Shown here piece by piece: positions 17,763 through 25,700 of a DNA stretch of 32,000 bases. A program made the translations under genes and the position numbers. The stretch lies in NCBI GenBank assembly GCA_048882505.1, contig JBHLRO010000015.1, positions 1-32,000 of the forward strand, in the 5' to 3' direction. Positions within the stretch are counted from its first letter, which is position 1, and each line of letters starts with the position of its first letter. The DNA comes from Candidatus Thorarchaeota archaeon (GTDB lineage: Archaea > Asgardarchaeota > Heimdallarchaeia > Hodarchaeales > Hodarchaeaceae). The notes below the pieces were generated by a model that saw nothing but the letters and a program-made list of their open reading frames with translations, ran no database searches and was not told the origin of the DNA.

Positions 17763-17870
17763 ATTGACAAGCTTTCGGTGAGGTACATGAACATCATTAA
17801 CTCCAAGCTCAAAGGTGTCCTAATCCGAGCTGGGCTTCAGTTTAGGTCAGTTTCGTCACAGCTTGTCAAT
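17763..17870 (-). ncRNA. Box C/D methylation guide sRNA (dual guide, 108 nt)
   Basis: 11-bp terminal stem; C GUGACGA (17853-59), 12-nt guide, D' CUGA (17837-40), 39-nt hairpin, C' AUGAUGU (17791-97), 12-nt guide, D CCGA (17775-78). Confidence 0.82.
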
Positions 17871-18010
17871 TGGCCCTTTCACTTAGAATGGTTTCTTAAG
17901 TTTGCCTTGAATAAAAAGCCCAGGTTCTCCACGAAGGAACCACGATATCTCCAAATCGGAGACCCAATGTCTTCCCCTCCAATTGATTCTTGTTTGATTC
18001 CAAAGGCCGT

Positions 18011-18529
18011 TTAGTTGAGTAATTCCATCCCTTTTGTGACCTTAATTCGGCAAGGCACTGGAAACTTGGCCTTGCCTCGACGTAAGGCATCTTTTGCAAC
18101 CTCTACATTCTCTAAATCTGTTCTGACAAAGAGAAGTCTCTGCCCTTCGTAAACTCTCGCCGCTACACTGATTACCTTACCAAAGGCCTTACGCATACCG
18201 TTCTGTATTCGATCCGCGCCAGCTCCAGTCATCATTTTATTCTCACGAATGCGATGATGCGGATAAACACAAATTCGATAGTGGTAACTCTCTCTACCGA
18301 GTTTTCGGGTCAGAAAACGGTTTACGTGGATACGTGCGGCTTCGAGAGCGTTGTGACTGATTTGGCAGCGTTCATCAGTGATGAGAGAGATTTCAATGGG
18401 GAAATCTTTACCTGGGTCTCCCAAGTCAAAGCTGCGGATTTTGGGGTCTGGGCCCCCTTTGATATACTTTTTTCGAGTGTAGGGAGGTCTGTCAACGCGA
18501 GTATAACACGATGCCGGTCGCTTGCCCAT
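18011..18529 (-). CDS. rpl10e: Ribosomal protein uL16 (L10e)
   Basis: MGKRPASCY, ALEAARI, YPHH.IRENKM.TGAGADRIQ.GMRKAFGK. Confidence 0.98.
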   Translation of the reverse strand: MGKRPASCYTRVDRPPYTRKKYIKGGPDPKIRSFDLGDPGKDFPIEISLITDERCQISHNALEAARIHVNRFLTRKLGRESYHYRICVYPHHRIRENKMMTGAGADRIQNGMRKAFGKVISVAARVYEGQRLLFVRTDLENVEVAKDALRRGKAKFPVPCRIKVTKGMELLN

Positions 18530-18708
18530 AAATATCGACTCACACAGTTGAATTCTGTCAGGGTGGGCGAACCAAGACTGAATTATAAAGTACTACTTGA
18601 AAAGCTGAATATTGGAGGAGGTAAAATCTGATGGATCCTTAAAAATCCCAGGCAGAATAGTAATCGAGCGGTTTTATGATTCTGACCGTCGTATGGGTGA
18701 CATAAGTC

Positions 18709-18924
18709 TTGGTTGAAATCCCCAATTCATCTGTTGATCGAATTATCAGGAAGGGAGGAGCATATAGAGTCTCCAAATCGGCGATTGAGATTTTACAGCA
18801 GGAACTAGAAGAATATGGGTTCAGAATCTCAAAATTAGCGGTTGAAATCGCGAGGCATGCGAAAAAAAAGACCGTAGAGGGCGACGATATTCGGTTGGCG
18901 ATTCGAAAATTAACCATCGGTTAG
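18709..18924 (+). CDS. Archaeal histone (HMf-like single fold, no N-terminal tail; TTG start)
   Basis: IP...DRIIRK.GA.RVS...A.HA.KKTV...DI.LA histone-fold signature. Confidence 0.92.
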   Translation: MVEIPNSSVDRIIRKGGAYRVSKSAIEILQQELEEYGFRISKLAVEIARHAKKKTVEGDDIRLAIRKLTIG

Positions 18925-19351
18925 TTGGTGTCTAGGGAAAATCCGTTCACCGAATTTTTAAGTGAGTAGAATGCCTGTGCTACACACAAGCTGTCGAAGC
19001 AAGCTTGAGTAAAATAAGATCATTTGACGAATCTTTCGAATTAACACAGGCCTGACAATTTAGAACTTAATTTCACACGCTATTGGTTGGTCTTGAGTAT
19101 GAACGACCAGGTTCCTTGACAGAAATTGATTGGGCTATTGGAGAAACGAATTAAAGACAAAAGAATTACTTCGGGTAAAAAGCTGGAACACTACATTCTC
19201 ATTATTATCTCATGCTTGATTACTTTATGCGATTAGTTACGGATTTCAAGAAAAGTCACATTTGCAGGGTGAAAAGGTTGGGGATCTTCCAACCAAATTC
19301 CTAGTGGATCGATTTTAACCACGATTCCAAGAGAGTACAAGGGATTCCGAG

Positions 19352-19398
19352 CTTATAATGGAATGATGCTTCCATACTTTTCAAATCCCCGGAGGTGA
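19352..19398 (+). promoter_or_regulatory. Putative dnaG TATA box and Shine-Dalgarno
   Basis: CTTATAAT at 19352-19359; GGAGGTGA at 19391-19398, 9 nt before the ATG at 19408. Confidence 0.55.
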
Positions 19399-19407
19399 AG
19401 ATAAAAA

Positions 19408-20646
19408 ATGAGTGAAACAGATATTGATACTAGTACAGTAAAATACCTCATCCACGAGAAATTTACCATCAATGGAGTTGCAGAAAAGAGTGATATCATT
19501 GGTGCTTTGTTCGGCCAAACAGAGGGTCTCATTGGGGAAGGTCTCGACCTCAGAGAACTACAAAAAACGGCGCGCATCGGACGGATTAGTGTTAAGCTTT
19601 CGTACCAGAAAAAACAACGCAAAACGACAGGAACGATTATCGTCCCATCCTCGTTGGATCGAGTAGAAACGGCCCTTCTCGCGGCGGCCCTTGAGACGGT
19701 GGATCGGGTTGGGCCATGTGTGGGGAAGATGGTCCTCCAGAAAATCGAAGACGTTCGTGAAAGTAAACGGCGACAGATTGTTTCCCGGGCTTCTCGCATT
19801 CTTAAGACGTGGGATCAAGAAGTTACCCCTGATTCGGTCTCCGTACTGGACGCCGTGTTAAAAGAGGCACGAGTTAGCATAATCCAAAAATACGGGAAGG
19901 AAGACCTTCCCGCGGGGCCTGGGATAGATGATAGCGACAATTTGATCCTTGTTGAAGGAAGAGCAGATGTAATGAATCTCCTGAAACATGGGTTTAGAAA
20001 TGTGCTAGCTGTTGAAGGAACAAATGTTCCAGCCGAGGTAGTGGAGTTGACCAGGAAGAAGGTTACCACCGCATTCCTTGATGGTGATCATGGGGGGGAT
20101 CTTATCCTCCGAGAGCTCATCCATCTTGCAGATCTTGATTTTGTTGCGAGAGCTCCCCCGAATCAAGAGGTAGAAGAGCTTAGTAGTAAGGAAATTCTCA
20201 AAGCTTTACGAGGAAAAATTCCGATAGAGCAGATATTGAAGGAGCTGAATATCACTCCTGAAGATCTCGAGGATACAGAGGAAATAGATCAGGGGGATAT
20301 TTCTGATACGGCCTCTAAGGATGTTTCCATCATTGTCCAAACGAAAGGAGACATATCGGGAAAGATACCTCAAGATTTAACAGCTTTTGTTGAGAATCTT
20401 TCTGAGCAAGAAGGGCTTTTATTAGGGCAAAACAAAGCCATTCTGAAGGAGAATATACCGATCAGTGAACTTCGCGATACCATTCTGGCGACTGATAACA
20501 TAGAAACTGTAATTTTTGATGGCATAGTCACTCAGAGGATTTTGGATGTTGCTAGCGAACGCGGGGTGAAAACAATTGTTGGTGCCAGAGAACACGAGGT
20601 TACAAAGAAACCAATGGACATTACCGTATATACTTTTGGCACCTAA
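19408..20646 (+). CDS. dnaG: Archaeal DnaG (TOPRIM; exosome-associated)
   Basis: VEKSDIIGALFGQTEGL, ELQKTARIGRI, LVEGRADV, AFLDGDHGGDLI. Confidence 0.96.
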   Translation: MSETDIDTSTVKYLIHEKFTINGVAEKSDIIGALFGQTEGLIGEGLDLRELQKTARIGRISVKLSYQKKQRKTTGTIIVPSSLDRVETALLAAALETVDRVGPCVGKMVLQKIEDVRESKRRQIVSRASRILKTWDQEVTPDSVSVLDAVLKEARVSIIQKYGKEDLPAGPGIDDSDNLILVEGRADVMNLLKHGFRNVLAVEGTNVPAEVVELTRKKVTTAFLDGDHGGDLILRELIHLADLDFVARAPPNQEVEELSSKEILKALRGKIPIEQILKELNITPEDLEDTEEIDQGDISDTASKDVSIIVQTKGDISGKIPQDLTAFVENLSEQEGLLLGQNKAILKENIPISELRDTILATDNIETVIFDGIVTQRILDVASERGVKTIVGAREHEVTKKPMDITVYTFGT

Positions 20647-20845
20647 TTAGGTTCAGTCGGAGGGAGTTTTCGGGCTTTCTTGAAAAGAACAGGAATGGAT
20701 CCAGTTCGAGAATCATTCCTTGATCCATTTAAAAGCCCTAAATCTTCAAGTTCAAAAGCGGTCAAGGTAGAGGGTGTTTAGTGACAACAGAGGAGGTCCA
20801 AGCTACTAACAAAGTTTTGCCATAAGTTATTGGGAACCCTCTAAG

Positions 20846-20906
20846 GTTTCTCAGACTGGGACGGCGTCGTCACGGACTTCGGTTAAATATTAATCATCAT
20901 CGAAAC
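20846..20906 (-). ncRNA. Box C/D methylation guide sRNA (61 nt), overlapping the 3' end of rnp2
   Basis: GUUUC-G-AUGAUGA-(11 nt)-CCGA-AGUCC-GUGACGA-(12 nt)-CUGA-GAAAC: canonical K-turn with a 5-bp terminal stem. Confidence 0.88.
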
Positions 20907-21288
20907 TTGATTTCCAATAATTATGAAAGATCTTGTTAAAAGCACTGGCACGGTGCAGGTGTCCGGTGCTCAACAGTTCCTCTTTAGCAGTTTTGAGAGT
21001 TCCACTCACATTTTCCGAATAAGCAAAAAAGGGATTTTGGTTCCATTTCTGAACAAAACACAATGCCCCTCTGACACGATGGATGTATTTATGGGCGACC
21101 CGGAAGATACCGCCCTGGGTTTTTGGGTCAAAGAATGCTAGAAAGAGACCTATGTCTGCCGCACCTACTGTCCCAACTAGACGTCTAATTTCAGAGGACA
21201 CAACATGCCACGCGTCCTTTTCTGTTAGTGAAGATTGACTAATCATCCGAATATTGATGTAGCGAACGCGTTCATCCATAGGAATCAC
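20890..21288 (-). CDS. rnp2: RNase P protein Pop5/Rpp14
   Basis: ERVRYI..., LVGTVGAA, GIFRVAH...VRGAL, VSGTLK; follows rpl15e-rnp3. Confidence 0.88.
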   Translation of the reverse strand: MIPMDERVRYINIRMISQSSLTEKDAWHVVSSEIRRLVGTVGAADIGLFLAFFDPKTQGGIFRVAHKYIHRVRGALCFVQKWNQNPFFAYSENVSGTLKTAKEELLSTGHLHRASAFNKIFHNYWKSSFDDD

Positions 21289-22031
21289 TCTTCTTCGAAT
21301 TTAGGTTGATTTGATGGATTAACTTTGAAAACTCCAGGGATAACATAATCTGGGGTAATTTTACGAAGGTTTTGAGTGAGAAGACTGTGAGGCGTCACGC
21401 TTAGAGCGTTTAGAGGAAGTTGGGTACTGTTCAATAGGATCTGCCCTAAGGATGCCAGTTCGCGTGGGGTTCGCAGGTGTTCAATATTGGCTGCACCAGA
21501 GGAGAAAATGTAGGAGACGTGTTTCCGGATTATCTCAGTAAAAGCATTTCTGATATTTCGGATAGCAGCGATGTGACTACGATAGGGAAGGGTATACAAA
21601 TCAGCCAAGGAAATTTCCAGACATTTATTATGGTTATTCATGAGTTTAGCTACCGATCGGGTGAGTAACTTGCCAATCTCAAAAGGACGGAACTTTAAAA
21701 TATCAATACGGTTATCTTGAGCTGCCCATGCGGTAATATCGGGAGTAGCACAAGTGATGGCGATTATAGGAAAGTGACGGCGTTTTTGTCGCAGAGTAGA
21801 TATTATTTTTGCTTTATCATTATCATTCAGCCCGATATCGATCCGTTGAAAAACTTTGGGGTATTTTAAGGTACTTGATTGCTTTAGGATATCCTTGGTG
21901 GCTTTTGTAGGATTACTAATCCATACCTGTGAAAACCCTAGGTATTTTGCAACCCTTAAGCATATCTCCAGTTCGTGCTCGGGAACCTCCGCGGAAAAAG
22001 AGTCGATAAACTTTCGAGGCAGGCCAAACAC
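21285..22031 (-). CDS. rnp3: RNase P protein Rpp30
   Basis: RIDIL, AKL...N.KCLEISL, FSSGA....LRTPREL; conserved gene order. Confidence 0.88.
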   Translation of the reverse strand: MFGLPRKFIDSFSAEVPEHELEICLRVAKYLGFSQVWISNPTKATKDILKQSSTLKYPKVFQRIDIGLNDNDKAKIISTLRQKRRHFPIIAITCATPDITAWAAQDNRIDILKFRPFEIGKLLTRSVAKLMNNHNKCLEISLADLYTLPYRSHIAAIRNIRNAFTEIIRKHVSYIFSSGAANIEHLRTPRELASLGQILLNSTQLPLNALSVTPHSLLTQNLRKITPDYVIPGVFKVNPSNQPKFEEE

Positions 22032-22139
22032 AACCTCTGATCGGATCGAGTTGATCTATTATCGGATTAATCTTCTAATAACACGGTGAAAAAGACAATT
22101 TCTGGATCATTGAAGAAAGCAAAGTCGCTAGGTACGTTA

Positions 22140-22703
22140 TCAACGATCATAAGCGGGTCGAAGATGCTCATAACCCTTTCCACGACCTCTAAGACCACGG
22201 CCTTTACGGCCCGCGGAAGTTTTTCCACGGAAAACGCGTCCCCGATGGCTTCGATCACAAATCCAATTGATTTTTGGATCGGATTTTATTTCAGGAGCAT
22301 GGGGGTCGACTAGGATTACTTCGAACCATCGAAATCTACCATCCTCTAGGACAGGATAGCTGTTAAGGATTTCTAGATTAGGAAATCGACGGGCTGTTCG
22401 CTCTTCTGCAATCCACTGACGGGATTTCTTTGGAGTTATTTTATTAATTCCCATTCGTCTGGAACGACGCCCACCCACGGGGCGGGATTTCCTACGGCCT
22501 CCTCTAGGAACACGAGTACGAGCAAGTATAAATCCCTTTTTTCGACGATATCCAAGTTTTCGTGCTCGATCTAATCTAGTAGGGAAGTCAATTCGAATAA
22601 CTGATGGTTGGCGCCGCCACTCAATCAATCGCGCAATACGTAGTTGCTTAAATTCAGAACTCCGTTCATTCCAGAACGCGGATATAAACTTGTAAGCATT
22701 CAT
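22140..22703 (-). CDS. rpl15e: Ribosomal protein eL15
   Basis: [57 protein letters not shown] at 22711-22718. Confidence 0.98.
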   Translation of the reverse strand: MNAYKFISAFWNERSSEFKQLRIARLIEWRRQPSVIRIDFPTRLDRARKLGYRRKKGFILARTRVPRGGRRKSRPVGGRRSRRMGINKITPKKSRQWIAEERTARRFPNLEILNSYPVLEDGRFRWFEVILVDPHAPEIKSDPKINWICDRSHRGRVFRGKTSAGRKGRGLRGRGKGYEHLRPAYDR

Positions 22704-22882
22704 TTAAGTGACCTCCTTTAGGTTCTGCGGTACCGCAACATTCCACACGGAGATACGTAGGGAAGCCTTATTTTAAGAGATTAAAAATGTCTTTGATCTG
22801 TTAGCTAGGTTTATGTGACTGGCGATATGAGTGCGAAACGTCCGATTCCAGAAAGGATCAATGGCACTATGGGAGTATCCAT

Positions 22883-23836
22883 ATGAAAATACTAGTTTCT
22901 GATCCAATTTCATCCTCAGCGGTTACGGTATTGAAAAACGAATTTCATGTAGTGGAAAAACACTACAGTCCTGATGAACTCCTGCAGCAGATTGAAACTT
23001 TCGAGGCCATTATCGTGCGAAGTGCGACTCAAGTTTCCCGAGAAGTGGTAGAAAGGGGAATAAAGTTGAGAGTTATAGGACGAGCAGGTGTCGGTTTTGA
23101 TAACATAAATGTGAAGGCTGCAACGGAACGACAAATCTATGTAGTGAATTCGCCCCACGCTTCCACAATTTCAGTGGCTGAATTGACCATGGCTTATCTT
23201 CTTGCTTTGAGTCGAAAGCTTGTTCATGCCACGAACCAAACTAAAGAAGGATTATGGCCCAAGAAACAATTGAGCGGTACAGAGCTACATAACAAAATTT
23301 TAGGATTTGTAGGTTGTGGTCGGATAGGTGCAGAGGTGGTAAGACGCGCCCAGGCATTTGGCATGAGATGTCTGGTTTATGATCCCTATTTGCCAGCAGA
23401 TATATTCCAGAAAATCGGAGCGGAGCAAATTACCGAACTTCCGCATCTATTTGAAGTTTCTGACTTTGTTACTGTTCATGCCCTTCTAACCGAAGAGACT
23501 AGAGGAATGATTGGTACTCGCGAATTTGAAAAGATGAAAACGACTGCGTTCATAGTTAACTGTGCTCGTGGTGGGATCATTGATGAAGAAGCATTATATA
23601 TAGCACTTACTAAGAATCAAATTGCGGGGGCTGCCTTGGATGTGTTTACTGTTGAGCCTGCCAGAAAAAGCAAGCTTTTTGAACTAGAGAATCTTTATGC
23701 CTCCCCACATATTGCCGCTTCGACACAAGAGGCCCAAGATAGAGCGGGCCAAGTTATTGCGGAACAAGTTCGTTTGGTTCTTACGGGACAAAAACCTACA
23801 TCTTGTGTTAATGCTCGAGAACTAGGATTATCATGA
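22883..23836 (+). CDS. D-isomer-specific 2-hydroxyacid dehydrogenase (SerA-like, no ACT domain)
   Basis: RAGVGFDNI, GFVGCGRIG, VNCARGGIIDE, LDVF..EP, SPHIAAST.EAQ. Confidence 0.92.
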   Translation: MKILVSDPISSSAVTVLKNEFHVVEKHYSPDELLQQIETFEAIIVRSATQVSREVVERGIKLRVIGRAGVGFDNINVKAATERQIYVVNSPHASTISVAELTMAYLLALSRKLVHATNQTKEGLWPKKQLSGTELHNKILGFVGCGRIGAEVVRRAQAFGMRCLVYDPYLPADIFQKIGAEQITELPHLFEVSDFVTVHALLTEETRGMIGTREFEKMKTTAFIVNCARGGIIDEEALYIALTKNQIAGAALDVFTVEPARKSKLFELENLYASPHIAASTQEAQDRAGQVIAEQVRLVLTGQKPTSCVNARELGLS

Positions 23837-23868
23837 TTTTCCCAACCTAAGCATAGCGGTGTCGCTGA

Positions 23869-24321
23869 ATGCCCAAATCAAAGAAAGAGAAAGGTGTAAA
23901 AAAGGAATCGTCCTCGAAAATACCTCGTGAACAGATTGAAGTCGCTCCTCGGCTCTCGTTTGACAATTTCGAGGAACATTTTCCAGCCCTTTTCAATGAA
24001 ATTAAAGCAGAGAAAATGGCATTGGATCAAAAGCTGGAGGAAATATCAGATGCTGATCCCTTGACCAATTACTTTCCGGATGTCTTTGATTTTTTGGCTC
24101 GAGCGAAAACTGATCATGAAGGGCATGAAATCATCACGTTTCTTGAAAAAGATGGGCAAATTGGACCAGAACAAGCGGCTAATTTACGTGAACAATTATC
24201 AAATGATGGAATCCGTAGCTTCGGGCCCCTACGCACGAGAGATTTTTACTTCCGCAAAGCCGCTGAAGTTCGTCAGCGTAGATTGATCGAAAAACGTTAC
24301 AATGCCAGAAGACATGGGTAA
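23869..24321 (+). CDS. DUF2095-like archaeal protein
   Basis: FPALFNEI, Y.PDV.DFL.RA.T..E..EII.FLEK.G.I, GIRSFGP. Confidence 0.7.
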   Translation: MPKSKKEKGVKKESSSKIPREQIEVAPRLSFDNFEEHFPALFNEIKAEKMALDQKLEEISDADPLTNYFPDVFDFLARAKTDHEGHEIITFLEKDGQIGPEQAANLREQLSNDGIRSFGPLRTRDFYFRKAAEVRQRRLIEKRYNARRHG

Positions 24322-24346
24322 TGATTCACATTAACTCATCTAGAGC

Positions 24347-25546
24347 TTAGGCCGCGGCCTGGATTTTAATAATATCATTATCCTGAATTTCGTACTTTTC
24401 TGACAATTTTCGATTTGTACGGGCGTCAATTCCAAATAGGAAATGTTTGTAGAGGTCCTGATGCACAATTCTCGCTAATTCTTTAACACTAGTTCCCTTA
24501 GGAACAAGATAAACGTCAGGAAGGACGTTTCCGTCCTGATCACTGAGGTGCGATACATCGGCCACTGGATAAACGCAGATTAATCCCAAAACATCGAATA
24601 TTGCCGTATTTAGGGTAGTAAATATCCCCGTGTTTTTATACGGGACTAGGATTTCCCTCTGTATTTTTGTCACGATTTCCTCTTCCTTCGGAGATAATTG
24701 ACCCAGTGAGGTTAAATGTCCGCTTTCGGAAACGTATTTCACTTTTTCATTGGTTTCTAAATTCTTCAGAACTGTATCTGTCAAAGCTGAGGTTGGAATT
24801 ATTCTATTTCCAAACTCTTTCTTCAATCTTTGATAATTATCCTTAGCGGTTGGCCTGTCAATTTTATTAGCAGCCAAAATAATGGGTTTACCAATACTTT
24901 GGATTCGATTACTCAGTCGAAGGAGATCGGTTTCTTTCCACTCTTTGGCAGCGGCAGGATCTAGATCGGCCGTATTAATTGCCTGTAACACGTGTCCGCG
25001 AGAAATTTTTAATCCTGTCATTTTATCTGCAATGAACTCAATGATACTCTTTCGTTCGGTCTCCGCTTTTCGCACTGCTCGCTGCCAATCTTTTTTGAGG
25101 ATTCCAAGCATCCATTGGGCAATCTCATCCTCTAGGAAGTGAACATCTTTCAAGGGATCGTGACTTCCTGGATCTACGGGCTCTCCCTCTTCATTCAAGG
25201 ATCCAGAGATGTCTAAAACGTGGATTAAGATATCTGCCTGAGCTAGATCATTTAAAAATTGATTTCCCATACCCCGTCCCTCATATGCTCCAGGTACGAG
25301 TCCCGCTACATCGATTACCTTTACAGGGATCTTTCGTACACTGTCTACACACTCTGAATTACGTGGATTACAAATCACGTTGAGTTCCTGATGCACACAG
25401 GGTGTCGTGACAAAGCCTACCCCTTGGTTTGGATCAATAGTGGTAAATGGATAATCGGCCGTTTTTGCACTAGTACCGCAGAGAGCATTTAGAAAGGTGG
25501 TTTTACCAGAAGAGGGCTTACCAACGATGCCAACAAGCACGCCCAT
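24347..25546 (-). CDS. Obg-family NTPase, YchF/Ygr210-like with TGS domain
   Basis: [41 protein letters not shown]-terminal TGS; ATG at 25546 preferred over 25666. Confidence 0.92.
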   Translation of the reverse strand: MGVLVGIVGKPSSGKTTFLNALCGTSAKTADYPFTTIDPNQGVGFVTTPCVHQELNVICNPRNSECVDSVRKIPVKVIDVAGLVPGAYEGRGMGNQFLNDLAQADILIHVLDISGSLNEEGEPVDPGSHDPLKDVHFLEDEIAQWMLGILKKDWQRAVRKAETERKSIIEFIADKMTGLKISRGHVLQAINTADLDPAAAKEWKETDLLRLSNRIQSIGKPIILAANKIDRPTAKDNYQRLKKEFGNRIIPTSALTDTVLKNLETNEKVKYVSESGHLTSLGQLSPKEEEIVTKIQREILVPYKNTGIFTTLNTAIFDVLGLICVYPVADVSHLSDQDGNVLPDVYLVPKGTSVKELARIVHQDLYKHFLFGIDARTNRKLSEKYEIQDNDIIKIQAAA

Positions 25547-25700
25547 ACTATACTTGACTCCTTTCTTTATTTTATGCGCATAGGATTCTTTAAAAGAATC
25601 CGTCTCACCTCTGGGTACAAGATTAATTAAATTTCGGATTTCGCACTCGTTCTTACCATAAGCCAAATTTTTTAATAATCCTCCGCGAACGCGGGAATTA

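Noticed and set aside
17715-17820. Short protein-like minus-strand frame DTFELGVNDV...
   Set aside because: Preceded by an in-frame stop with no start codon; better explained by the C/D sRNA
20790-20799. GAGGAGGTCC resembling RNase P RNA CR-I next to rnp2/rnp3
   Set aside because: Imperfect match to GAGGAAAGUCC, no CR-V partner and too little room for the RNA
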